Positions 17,080-26,248 of a DNA stretch of 27,742 nt are shown here, piece after piece. This stretch comes from a virus (Duplodnaviria > Caudoviricetes). The stretch covers positions 1 through 27,742 of the IMG/VR virus record IMGVR_UViG_3300030372_000076; one strand, 5' to 3'. The first letter of the stretch is position 1. Every line of letters starts with the position of its first letter. The position numbers were made by a program, and so were the translations under genes. The notes beneath the pieces are model-generated. The model ran no database searches. It was given only the letters and a program-made list of their open reading frames with translations, and was not told where the DNA came from.

Positions 17080-18480
17080 ATGGCAACAAAAGAAGAGTTA
17101 AATTTTCAGGTAAATTCAAATATTGGAGAAGTTTCAGAAGAAATTGGTAATGCTGCTGACAATACAAAAGAACTAGACAATGCAGCAAAAGATAGCACTA
17201 CTAGCTTTGGGGGTTTAAGTAAGGCGGTAAGAGGATTAGGTGCAGCTATAAAAGGCATTGGACTTGCTCTTGCAGTGGCTACATTAACAGCTTTTGGGAA
17301 TGTATTTAGGCAAAATCAAAAAGTTATAGATTTTTTTAATTTAACATTAAAGGTGTCATCCATTGCATTTAATGATTTATTTAGATTTTTAGATGATAAT
17401 ATTGATACAATTGTAGGTTATTTAAAAGCTCTTTTTACTGACCCAATTGGAGAGTTATTTAAACTAGGGCAAGCAATACAGACATATTTTGTAGAAAATT
17501 TAGAAGGAGTTACTAAATTACTGTCATCAGTGTCTGATGTTTTAAAAGCTAGTGTTTCTGGTAGTACAGAACAATTTGTTACTGCTGTTGCACGTATGGC
17601 TGTTGCTGCCACAGATGCTAGAAAAGACATTAACAAAGAGTTTGACAAAATGACTGACAAAGTTAAGGAGTACACTACAGGAATAATAGGTGCTGGAAAT
17701 GCTATGGTTTTGTTAGACAAAAAGGCTAGGATAGCAGTAGCACAAAATAAGATATTAATAGAGAAGAAAGATAGAGAGGCTGAGCTACTAAGACAGATTA
17801 GAGATGATGAAACAAAAACAATGGATGTGCGACTTAAAGCTAGTGCAGATTTAAAAAAAGTATTAGATGAGCAACAAAAACTGATGATTGAAAATGCAGA
17901 TGCTGTTGTTAAAGCAGCTCAGGCTCAATTTGAATTAACAGGCAATGAAGCTGATTATATTGTACTTTTAGAGGCACAAGCAGAACAATCTGCAATATTA
18001 GCTCAAATAGAAGGTCAGAGAACAGAACAGAAAATGGCAGATATTGCATTGAATAAAGAGGTGGTATTATCAGCACAAGAAAATGCTGATGCTCAATTAG
18101 CAGCTTTTTCTCAATTAGCAGGATCATTAAGTGCTTTAGCAGGAGAAAACAAAGAGTTAGCAGCAGCAGGAGCAATTATAGACACTTATGCAGGTGCAAA
18201 CAAGGCTTTTGCTCAGGGTGGGGTTGCAGGTTTTGTTAGTGGTGCAGCAATTATAGCAGCAGGACTTGCTAACGTGCGAAAGATATTCGATACAGATGTA
18301 GGTACAGGTGGTGGATCAGCAGGTGCAGCACCTATGACACCTTCTCCTCAAATGGTAGGTGGTGCTTTTGAATTAGGCAGTGGAGTAGCACCAGAGCCAC
18401 TAAGAGCTTTTGTATTAACTGATGAAATGTCTAACAGTCAAAATCAATTAGCTAACATAAGAAGAAGAGCAACAATATAA
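17080..18480 (+). CDS. Tape measure protein (short, 466 aa)
   Basis: Ala/Leu-rich helical and coiled-coil sequence with Gly/Ala hydrophobic stretches; AIIDTYAGANKA...GLANV..I tail motif. Confidence 0.75.
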   Translation: MATKEELNFQVNSNIGEVSEEIGNAADNTKELDNAAKDSTTSFGGLSKAVRGLGAAIKGIGLALAVATLTAFGNVFRQNQKVIDFFNLTLKVSSIAFNDLFRFLDDNIDTIVGYLKALFTDPIGELFKLGQAIQTYFVENLEGVTKLLSSVSDVLKASVSGSTEQFVTAVARMAVAATDARKDINKEFDKMTDKVKEYTTGIIGAGNAMVLLDKKARIAVAQNKILIEKKDREAELLRQIRDDETKTMDVRLKASADLKKVLDEQQKLMIENADAVVKAAQAQFELTGNEADYIVLLEAQAEQSAILAQIEGQRTEQKMADIALNKEVVLSAQENADAQLAAFSQLAGSLSALAGENKELAAAGAIIDTYAGANKAFAQGGVAGFVSGAAIIAAGLANVRKIFDTDVGTGGGSAGAAPMTPSPQMVGGAFELGSGVAPEPLRAFVLTDEMSNSQNQLANIRRRATI

Positions 18481-18483
18481 AAT

Positions 18484-18513
18484 CAAATAAATAACAATTA
18501 AATCTATATAATA
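18484..18513 (+). promoter_or_regulatory. Putative late promoter 3 (protease)
   Basis: CAAATAAA-N11-TCTATATAATA, 2 nt before ATG 18516. Confidence 0.7.
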
Positions 18514-18515
18514 AT

Positions 18516-19226
18516 ATGCCTTGTAAAGAATGCGAAAACGGAAAATATAAATTTGGTAATACTGGTGAGTGTAAATATGACACTTTAGCTGAATGTGAAG
18601 CTGACAATAGAGATTACTATGAAAAGATAACTTCAATACGTGAGTTAGTAATTGATAATAACTCTGAGGAGCTTGCTATTGATGCTATTAGCTTAGTGTC
18701 AGCACCAGCAATAGAACAGGACTTTGTTTACTTTGGTAAAGAAAAGAACAACTTAACTTTTGCTAAAGTAGATGATGAAAAGAGAATGTTAGTTAGTCCT
18801 GCACTTATACCTAACAAACAGATATTCAGATACGATCCAAATACTGATTCTGAATACTATGTGTATTTCAGTCCTGACACTGTAAGAAAAGCTAGTGAGC
18901 TTTACTTAAAACATAACAACCATCACAAAGCAACGTATGAGCATCAAGACAGAGTTTCTGGTGTATTGACAACTGAGAGCTGGATAATAGATGATCCTAA
19001 AATGGACAAGTCAAAACTTTACGGTTATGACCTACCAAAAGGCACTTGGATGGTTTCAATGAAAATTAATAATGACGAATTATGGCAAAAAGTTAAAGAT
19101 GGTTCTTTACGCGGATTATCTATCGAGGGATATTTTACTGACCGTATGCAGGAGATGTCAGAACGTGAGCCAACAACACACGAAATACTCTCAGCTTTAA
19201 ACGAGATAATTTCAAAAATCAAATAA
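18516..19226 (+). CDS. Prohead/capsid maturation protease (XkdF-like)
   Basis: ISLVSAPAIE, ALIP...I.R, conserved EH, ESW, GTW and GLSIEG motifs; upstream of scaffold and capsid genes. Confidence 0.8.
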   Translation: MPCKECENGKYKFGNTGECKYDTLAECEADNRDYYEKITSIRELVIDNNSEELAIDAISLVSAPAIEQDFVYFGKEKNNLTFAKVDDEKRMLVSPALIPNKQIFRYDPNTDSEYYVYFSPDTVRKASELYLKHNNHHKATYEHQDRVSGVLTTESWIIDDPKMDKSKLYGYDLPKGTWMVSMKINNDELWQKVKDGSLRGLSIEGYFTDRMQEMSEREPTTHEILSALNEIISKIK

Positions 19227-19249
19227 AATCTAAACAAATCTATTATATA
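19220..19249 (+). promoter_or_regulatory. Putative late promoter 4 (scaffold/capsid)
   Basis: CAAATAAA-N11-TCTATTATATA, a perfect consensus match. Confidence 0.8.
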
Positions 19250-19270
19250 ACAAACACTAAAAAAGAAATT

Positions 19271-20035
19271 ATGGACTTAAAAGAAAAAATATTAGTAGCA
19301 CTTGGCTTAAATAAATCTGAAGAAGAGGTTGTTTTAGCTTACCAAGCAAAAAGCGAAGATGGAACAATTTTCGTATCTACGGCTGATGAATTAGAGGCTG
19401 GTGTAGACATATCAGTATTAACTGAAGATGGTACTACAATTTTATTGCCAGTAGGCACTTATAAAACTGACACTGGCGTATCTTTCAGAGTAGAAGTAGA
19501 AGGTATTGTTGCTGAAGTTATTGAATCAGAAACAGAAGAAGAAGTAACTGAAGATGAAGAAGTTGATGCAGTAAAAGAAGAAGATAAGGATAGATATTCA
19601 GAAGAATTATCAGAATCTGTTGATTTTGCATTTCCTGAAACTGATGCAGAAAAAGCAGACTGGGCTAAATCTTATGAAGAAATGAAAGACAAAGTAGATA
19701 ACTTAATGGATGCAGTAGCAGACCTAAAAGCAAGAATGGGAGAAGGCGAATCAGAAGATGTAGAAATGAAAGAAGAAACAACTGAAGAAGTTACAGAAGA
19801 AGTTTCTGACAAGCCTAAAACTATAAAAACTACAGAAGTAGTTGAGTTTTCAGCAGAGGATGAAATTGAAAAATTAAAAGCTGAGAATGAAGCGTTAAAA
19901 ATTGAATTAGCAGAATCTCCTGCTGAAGCACCAGTAAACACAAATAAATTTAGCTCAGAAAGACCAGTATTGTCAAGAAAAGAGTACAACAGACTTTCTA
20001 AGCAAGAGAAATTTTTATATAACTTAAATAAATAA
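19271..20035 (+). CDS. Capsid scaffolding protein
   Basis: Very Glu-rich with coiled coils; lies between the protease and the major capsid gene. Confidence 0.7.
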   Translation: MDLKEKILVALGLNKSEEEVVLAYQAKSEDGTIFVSTADELEAGVDISVLTEDGTTILLPVGTYKTDTGVSFRVEVEGIVAEVIESETEEEVTEDEEVDAVKEEDKDRYSEELSESVDFAFPETDAEKADWAKSYEEMKDKVDNLMDAVADLKARMGEGESEDVEMKEETTEEVTEEVSDKPKTIKTTEVVEFSAEDEIEKLKAENEALKIELAESPAEAPVNTNKFSSERPVLSRKEYNRLSKQEKFLYNLNK

Positions 20036-20055
20036 TAAACTTAAAACAAAAAAAA

Positions 20056-20967
20056 ATGGCATTTACTACAACAAGTAATTTTTCAGGTAAAGCAGCTGGC
20101 TTTTATATTTCAGCAGCCCTGAAAGAAGCAACATCATTAGACTATTTAACTATCATTGAGAATGTTAAATTTAAGTCGAACATACAAAAAATGGCAGGAA
20201 GCGGATTAGTAAAAGATGCTGAATGCAACTTTACAGATGCAGGAACATTAGCTTTAACTGAGGCAGTTCTTACACCTAAAAACTTACAGATCAACATTGA
20301 TCTTTGTAAGAAAACTTTACTAGATTCTTGGGAAGCTCTTGAAATGAGAGCAGGAGCAGGTTCTCCACCACCAGCATCTTTTGATGACTATGTAATATCT
20401 TACATGGGAGAAATCATAGCTAACGCTACAGAAACTTCTATCTGGGGTGGAACTGAAGCTACTTCTGGAGAATTTGAAGGGTTTGTATCAGCAGCAGGAT
20501 ATTTATTACCTGGTCAAGATGCTACTGTAAATCAATCAACAGCATCTGGGGCTTATACAGTAGGAAACATTATAGCTAACTTACAAACTTTAACTGCTGA
20601 CATGGCAGCTAATATATCTCCTGTATTAAGAAAAGATGATCTATATATCTACATGAATGCTAAAACGTATGCTTTATATATTTCAGCAATATCTGCTTTA
20701 AATGCGTTTCCTTTCAATAATATGGGAGAATACACTCCAATATTTGAAGGTTATCAAATCGCAGTTTGTCCAGGAATGGTTGACAATCAATTAGTAGCAG
20801 CAGAAAAGTCTAATTTATTTTTTGGGACTGATTTGGTTTCGGATCATACGCGTATCCAGTTGCTCGATATGAGTCAATTAGATGGTTCTGACAACATGAG
20901 ATTGGTTGCTAGATACAGTGCAGGTGTTAAGCAAGGTGTAGGTGCTGACATTGTAAGACAGTCGTAA
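20056..20967 (+). CDS. Major capsid protein
   Basis: 303 aa; ENVKFK, C.F...GT..LTE..L.P, IW.G and NLFFGTDL motifs; follows the scaffold gene and precedes a hairpin. Confidence 0.8.
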   Translation: MAFTTTSNFSGKAAGFYISAALKEATSLDYLTIIENVKFKSNIQKMAGSGLVKDAECNFTDAGTLALTEAVLTPKNLQINIDLCKKTLLDSWEALEMRAGAGSPPPASFDDYVISYMGEIIANATETSIWGGTEATSGEFEGFVSAAGYLLPGQDATVNQSTASGAYTVGNIIANLQTLTADMAANISPVLRKDDLYIYMNAKTYALYISAISALNAFPFNNMGEYTPIFEGYQIAVCPGMVDNQLVAAEKSNLFFGTDLVSDHTRIQLLDMSQLDGSDNMRLVARYSAGVKQGVGADIVRQS

Positions 20968-20981
20968 TTAACTTAATTTAT

Positions 20982-21013
20982 AGAGGCAGGGGTGTAAAAG
21001 CCTCTGCTCCTTT
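20982..21013 (+). terminator. Stem-loop after the capsid gene (weak terminator or mRNA stabiliser)
   Basis: GCAGGGGT-GTAAAA-GCCTCTGC (alternatively AGAGGC/GCCTCT); short U-tract. Confidence 0.55.
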
Positions 21014-21035
21014 AACCTTTAAAACATAAAATAAA

Positions 21036-21623
21036 ATGGCATGTACAGCTTTAACAAAAGGTAGAGGACTTGATTGTAATAGAATATCGGGTGGAATTAA
21101 GTTTGTATACTTTTCTGTTTATGATAATTTTGCAAGATCAGATTGGGCTTATGATTCAACCCATCCACTAGAAATTGATACTATAAACTTTCAATCATCT
21201 ACTATCTATAGATATACTATGCCTCTTGGTGTAGCATCTATAACCGATACTATAACAGGTAGTCGTGAAAATGGTACTGTTTTCTATACTCCTACGGTTA
21301 ATATCATACTTAATCGACTTACAAAAGAGGATCAGAATCAGATAAAATTATTAGGTCAAACTAAGGTTAGAATATTTGTTCAACTTAATGCAACTCATAC
21401 AGCAACAGGAAATGATGTAATTATTTGTATGGGTATGATCAATGGGATGGAACTAAACGCAGGAACTATGGATAGTGGGGCAGCGTTTGGAGATAGAAAC
21501 GGTTACACTCTAACCTTTGATGGTTTAGAGCCAGAGCCTTTTGCTATGCTAGAGGATGTAGCAGCAGGTGGCGAACCATTCTCTAATTCAGGCATAACAG
21601 GATTGAGTATAGTAACCGCATAA
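21036..21623 (+). CDS. Major tail tube protein (putative)
   Basis: MAC.ALT.GR..DC...GGIK, SRENGTVFY and G.AFGDRNGYTLTF.G.E pattern. Confidence 0.65.
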   Translation: MACTALTKGRGLDCNRISGGIKFVYFSVYDNFARSDWAYDSTHPLEIDTINFQSSTIYRYTMPLGVASITDTITGSRENGTVFYTPTVNIILNRLTKEDQNQIKLLGQTKVRIFVQLNATHTATGNDVIICMGMINGMELNAGTMDSGAAFGDRNGYTLTFDGLEPEPFAMLEDVAAGGEPFSNSGITGLSIVTA

Positions 21624-21655
21624 AATAATTAGTAGTTTTCATATATTCTTTGATT

Positions 21656-21683
21656 AGAGGGCTTAATGCCCTCTTTTCTTTTT
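21656..21683 (+). terminator. Rho-independent terminator
   Basis: AGAGGGC-TTAAT-GCCCTCT followed by TTTCTTTTT. Confidence 0.85.
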
Positions 21684-21688
21684 AAAGG

Positions 21689-21718
21689 CAAATAAAATCG
21701 GCACTTTTCTATTATATA
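21689..21718 (+). promoter_or_regulatory. Putative late promoter 5 (portal/lysis module)
   Basis: CAAATAAA-N11-TCTATTATATA immediately after the terminator and 5 nt before ATG 21724. Confidence 0.8.
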
Positions 21719-21723
21719 GTAGG

Positions 21724-22203
21724 ATGATACAAGCAATCACACAAACTAACCTAACTACATTCTTACAAACTGAGGACAATCGTATAGACACCTCAGTTAG
21801 TTCAGATAAGATTAGGCATCTAGTAAAATTCACTAATGATATGGACAAATCTGTTCAATATGCTTATTCTACTGAGCATCTGATCTATGATAGATACACT
21901 AAGTTTGTGTTTGATTATAACGCAACTCCTGATGTTTATACGGGCAGGGTTGACTTTACACCAGCAGGTTATTACAAATATGAAGTATATGAGGTGGCTT
22001 GGAGTGGTGCAGTCGCTATAAGTGCAGGAAACGCACCTGTAACAGAGGATGATGTATTACCAGTAAACCCTACTCATGGTGTAGTTAAAGGGCTTGTAAC
22101 GAAAGGAAAAATGTATGTTGCTGATAAATCAGGAACAGAACAAGTTAAGTACACACAAAGGCAAGAGCCAAGTGGTACAAATTATATATATTACGGACAA
22201 TAA
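21724..22203 (+). CDS. Putative head-tail/structural protein
   Basis: G.Y.YEVYE...V.KGK motif; first gene after late promoter 5. Confidence 0.55.
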   Translation: MIQAITQTNLTTFLQTEDNRIDTSVSSDKIRHLVKFTNDMDKSVQYAYSTEHLIYDRYTKFVFDYNATPDVYTGRVDFTPAGYYKYEVYEVAWSGAVAISAGNAPVTEDDVLPVNPTHGVVKGLVTKGKMYVADKSGTEQVKYTQRQEPSGTNYIYYGQ

Positions 22204-22214
22204 AAAAATAAAAA

Positions 22215-22490
22215 ATGGCAATAGAAAACGTACAACAACTATTAATGGAACAATTGGGAAAGAATGGTGGAACAGAAATTTTTACCACAGCAGCACAAAC
22301 TAGCAAAGATTACTATTGTGTATTCTTTCCAGTTGAAAGTGTTATAGCCTCTATCACAGTTGCAGATGCGACTGGAGAAAGTGCTTTACAGACAACAATG
22401 CCTGCTGGAACTACATTATTTATGAATGTAACAGCAATCACTTTAACAAGTGGTGTTGGAATAGGTTATCATGAAGGAGTAACTACGTAA
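22215..22490 (+). CDS. Small putative structural protein
   Basis: Beta-rich, ending PAGTTLF..VTAITLTSG; precedes the LamG gene. Confidence 0.55.
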   Translation: MAIENVQQLLMEQLGKNGGTEIFTTAAQTSKDYYCVFFPVESVIASITVADATGESALQTTMPAGTTLFMNVTAITLTSGVGIGYHEGVTT

Positions 22491-22491
22491 A

Positions 22492-23244
22492 ATGAGAGTA
22501 CTTAAATTAGGACAGAGCTTAGTATCTAACACTAAAATTGCTAGTGGGTTTGATAATAAATTCTCATTAACTTATGATGGTGTTGATGATTATTTAAGTT
22601 TAGGTGATGATGTGCCACCATTAACCCCTTTTAGAATAGAAGGTAGTGATGGGTGGAGCTTTAGTATATGGCTAAAAACAGGAACAAGCAAAAAAATATT
22701 CTCTAAAAATATTGGTGGTGCAGCAGAGTATGATTTTGTTGTTAGATTTAATGGCAATCCAAAACTAGTACTATATGATCAAAATAATGGGGGGAATATA
22801 TCTTACAATATGAATACAAGTATTGCTGATGGTAATTGGCATCACATTGTATTTACTTGGAATGGAGAGACAGAAGCAGGAATTACTGCTTATTTTGATG
22901 GTGGAGTAAAGGGTGGAACTGATGGTGCTTCAGGTCTTTTTGAAAGCGTAGTAGCAACTCCTGCTGAATTTAGAATGGCTTATGGCGGTGGCTCTTATAG
23001 TGCTATTATACAAGATGAATTTTCTGTATTTAACAAAGTGTTGACAAGTACTGAAGTAAGTACTTTATACAACTCAGGAGTGCCAACTGATGTTACAGAG
23101 ATAAGTGGTTGTCAAGGTTGGTGGCGTAATGGTGATCCAACAGGAACAGGTGCTTTTCCTACTATTTCAGATGATAGTTCTAATAGTAATGATGGAACAA
23201 TGACTAATATGGCTTCTAATGATATAATAACAGATGTACCATAA
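22492..23244 (+). CDS. LamG/concanavalin A-like lectin domain virion protein
   Basis: YDGVDDY, SFSIWLK, DGNWHHIVFTW, YFDG, DEFSVFNKVLT..EV..LYNSG and WWRNGD motifs. Confidence 0.85.
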   Translation: MRVLKLGQSLVSNTKIASGFDNKFSLTYDGVDDYLSLGDDVPPLTPFRIEGSDGWSFSIWLKTGTSKKIFSKNIGGAAEYDFVVRFNGNPKLVLYDQNNGGNISYNMNTSIADGNWHHIVFTWNGETEAGITAYFDGGVKGGTDGASGLFESVVATPAEFRMAYGGGSYSAIIQDEFSVFNKVLTSTEVSTLYNSGVPTDVTEISGCQGWWRNGDPTGTGAFPTISDDSSNSNDGTMTNMASNDIITDVP

Positions 23245-23258
23245 TAAAAGATAACAAA

Positions 23259-23477
23259 ATGATATATGTAATATACGATATGGCAAATGTAGGCACGATA
23301 GATTTTTCACAAGTTTATCAAACAAGTGTTGATACATTAAGGCTTTCTGTAAATGGTGAGAAAACAATACTTAAATTTACAGGTGATACTCCTAATTTTT
23401 TAGTTGGTTTGCAACAATACACACATTCTGAGATGTTAGAAATAGTACAAACACCTGAATGGAACTCTGAAAATTAA
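23259..23477 (+). CDS. Hypothetical protein next to the LamG gene
   Basis: IDFSQV.QTS.DTLR.S..G....LKF.G.TP...YTHSE.L.....EW. Confidence 0.7.
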   Translation: MIYVIYDMANVGTIDFSQVYQTSVDTLRLSVNGEKTILKFTGDTPNFLVGLQQYTHSEMLEIVQTPEWNSEN

Positions 23478-23480
23478 ACT

Positions 23481-25670
23481 ATGAAAGATAATATAATTAA
23501 CATTAATTTAGAAACTAGCACAGCACCTATTGTACAAGAAGTGCGTGGGCGTGATTGGATTGAGTACGGAACAGATGACTGGAGAAACTTGTACCCACAA
23601 TTCTTAATAGACCTGTATTATTCTAGTAGTATTTCTGCTGCTATTATTAACGCTACTGCTGAGATGATTGCAGGAGAAAATCTTATCATAGAGAATGATG
23701 ATGATAGAGATATGGAAGCTAGAATTAAGCTACAAAACTTTATGAATAGAGCAAATGGCAATGAAAGTTTGCACGAGGTTCTAAAAAAGATAGCTTTTGA
23801 CTTTAAATTACAGGGTGCTTTTGCACTTAATATAGTATGGTCGAAGGACAGGACTCAAATTGCTGAAATCTATCACGTAGGAGTTGAGAAAATTAGATGT
23901 GCTAGACCTGATGAATTTGGAAAGACTAAAGGGTATTATATTAGTGCAGATTGGTCAAATACAAGAATAAACAAGCCTAAATATGTTCCTGCTTTCAATA
24001 CAAATGATAGAACATCTGCAAATCAAATTATGTATGCAGGATTGTACAGTCCAAACATGAATAGTTATTACACCCCTGATTATGTTAGTTGTAACAACTG
24101 GGCTTTAATTGATTCTAGAGTGTCTGAGTTTCATTTAAATAATATATCAGCAGGTTTCTCAGGTAGCTTTATGATTAACTTCGCTAATGGTGTTCCTACA
24201 CAAGAGGAAAGAATGCAGATAGAACAAAGTCTTAGTGATAAATTTACAGGACAAAATAATGCTGGTAAATTCGTGTTGACTTTCTCAGATGACAACACTA
24301 GAACACCACAGATACAAGCTATAAGTCCTAGCGACTTAGACAAACAGTATATTGCTTTACAAGAGCTTTTAACTCAGAACATCCTTTCTGGACATAGAGT
24401 TACATCTCCAATGCTTATGGGGATCAAGAACGATACAGGGCTTGGTAGTAATGTTGATGAATTAAACTCGGCTAGTAATTTTTATTTAAACACAGTTGTT
24501 AAGCCTTTTCAAGATCAAATTGTAAAACAACTTAGAAAAATATTCCAAGTTAACAATATGGATATGCCTGTTAACTTTGTGCAATTAAAACCTATCACTT
24601 TAGATTTTACCTCACAAGACCTGAAAGCAGTAATGACAGAGGATGAAATCAGAAATGAGCTTGGACTAGAGCCATTAGACATAGAAGTTAGAGAAGATTT
24701 AAGCAAAGTAGGTAGTATGATTACAGATGGTGTAGAGCTACCTTTATTTGACACAATAGCAGAGGCAGAGGCAGAGGCAGAAAAGATTGGCTGTAAAGGT
24801 TATCACGAGCATACACAAGATGGTAAGACTTACTACATGCCATGTGAAAATCACGAACAAATAACTAGTCTTGCTGATTGTGGTTGTAAAGAAAATTTAA
24901 TAACACCTAATCCTTGCACACCTGGATATGAAGCGATAGGAACAAAAATAAAAGATGGTAGAGAAGTGCCAAATTGTGTTCCAGTAAAAGCTAGAAAAGA
25001 AAAATGTGACTGCGAAAAGACAAAGCTGTCAAAATCTGAAAAAACAGAATTAGAAAAGTTTATTGATCAGTATGGAGAGGATATTCCAGAAGGCTGGGAA
25101 TTGATTGATGATGAAATTGTAGATGGCGAACATCAAGATTTTGACTTTGAAAGTGAGTTAAATAATGTAGCAAATGAAAAATTCAACTTTGTTAGAACTG
25201 GTAGAGCTAATCCTAATGTAAGAAGTGAGCAAGATGGTTTAAATAAAGATGGAGATGCATACTTTAAAGTAAGGTATGTATATACTAAAAACAACTCTTT
25301 AAGTCAGAAAGGAGAAAGTAGAAGTTTCTGTAAATTAATGATGGCTACAAAAAAAGTATATAGAAAAGAGGATATTCTTAGAATGTCTACAATACCTGTC
25401 AATCCAGGTTGGGGACCTCGAGGTGCTGCAACATATAGCACATGGTTATATAAGGGCGGGGGGTCATGTTTACATTACTGGAAGCGGCAAATTTGGCAAG
25501 CACCTGCTAGCGATGAAGGCTTTGTAGTGTACCCTGATAACATTACAACAGACAAAATAGTTACAGCTACAAAAGCAAGAAGTGAAGGGTTTACAATTAA
25601 AAGAAACGATAGTTTAGTAGCAAAAGCTCCTAAAACTATGAAAAATGAAGGCTTTTTAACACCAAGATAA
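23481..25670 (+). CDS. Portal protein with a long C-terminal extension
   Basis: About 400-aa portal-like core (W..YG....YPQFL, F.G..NAGK, I..GHRVTSP.L.GI, T.DEIR..LGLEPL), then Cys/His modules and a MuF-like domain. Confidence 0.8.
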   Translation: MKDNIININLETSTAPIVQEVRGRDWIEYGTDDWRNLYPQFLIDLYYSSSISAAIINATAEMIAGENLIIENDDDRDMEARIKLQNFMNRANGNESLHEVLKKIAFDFKLQGAFALNIVWSKDRTQIAEIYHVGVEKIRCARPDEFGKTKGYYISADWSNTRINKPKYVPAFNTNDRTSANQIMYAGLYSPNMNSYYTPDYVSCNNWALIDSRVSEFHLNNISAGFSGSFMINFANGVPTQEERMQIEQSLSDKFTGQNNAGKFVLTFSDDNTRTPQIQAISPSDLDKQYIALQELLTQNILSGHRVTSPMLMGIKNDTGLGSNVDELNSASNFYLNTVVKPFQDQIVKQLRKIFQVNNMDMPVNFVQLKPITLDFTSQDLKAVMTEDEIRNELGLEPLDIEVREDLSKVGSMITDGVELPLFDTIAEAEAEAEKIGCKGYHEHTQDGKTYYMPCENHEQITSLADCGCKENLITPNPCTPGYEAIGTKIKDGREVPNCVPVKARKEKCDCEKTKLSKSEKTELEKFIDQYGEDIPEGWELIDDEIVDGEHQDFDFESELNNVANEKFNFVRTGRANPNVRSEQDGLNKDGDAYFKVRYVYTKNNSLSQKGESRSFCKLMMATKKVYRKEDILRMSTIPVNPGWGPRGAATYSTWLYKGGGSCLHYWKRQIWQAPASDEGFVVYPDNITTDKIVTATKARSEGFTIKRNDSLVAKAPKTMKNEGFLTPR

Positions 25671-25672
25671 CT

Positions 25673-26248
25673 ATGGCATACGTATTATTTATATCAGAAC
25701 AGAAATTAAAAGACAGCACAGCTATTAACTTAAACGTAGATGTAGATTTACTGCTACCGTTTGTAAAAGAGGCACAAAAGCTGTATGTTGAAACTATATT
25801 AGGTACTGAGTTAACACAAAAACTTAAAGATTTAATTACAGCAGGAACTATTGGTAATGTAGCTAACGCTGCCTACAAAACTTTATTAGATGATTACATT
25901 GGAGATATGCTACCAGGATATTCTCTTTATCACGCTTTACCATACCTTAGATTTAAAGTAGAAAATGGTAATATATACTCAAAGACAAGTGAAACAGGAA
26001 CAGCTCTTAGTACAGAAGAAGCACAACATTTTAGAGAGGAAGTTTTAAATACAGCATCTTATTATAGAGAAAGGGCAATAGATTATATCACTAACAATAT
26101 ATCGAGCTTTCCTGAATATTCTACAAATTCTGGTGCAGATGTTTCTCCGACAAAAGACAACTACTACGCAGGCATGAATTTAGAAAGACCTGTGCAGGGT
26201 ACTAAGCTAACACTTAGAGATTTCTTAACACCAGACATAAGCTACTAA
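25673..26248 (+). CDS. Head-tail connector/adaptor (putative)
   Basis: LFISE..LK......NVD...L.P....AQ.......LGT.L motif directly after the portal. Confidence 0.6.
   Translation: MAYVLFISEQKLKDSTAINLNVDVDLLLPFVKEAQKLYVETILGTELTQKLKDLITAGTIGNVANAAYKTLLDDYIGDMLPGYSLYHALPYLRFKVENGNIYSKTSETGTALSTEEAQHFREEVLNTASYYRERAIDYITNNISSFPEYSTNSGADVSPTKDNYYAGMNLERPVQGTKLTLRDFLTPDISY

Noticed and set aside
22115-22303. 62-aa + strand ORF in the track
   Set aside because: It overlaps two better-supported genes out of frame and has no protein-like features.
24759-24782. (GCAGAG)3-GCAGAA tandem repeat
   Set aside because: It simply encodes AEAEAEAE in a helix of the portal extension, is in frame and is too short to imply phase variation.
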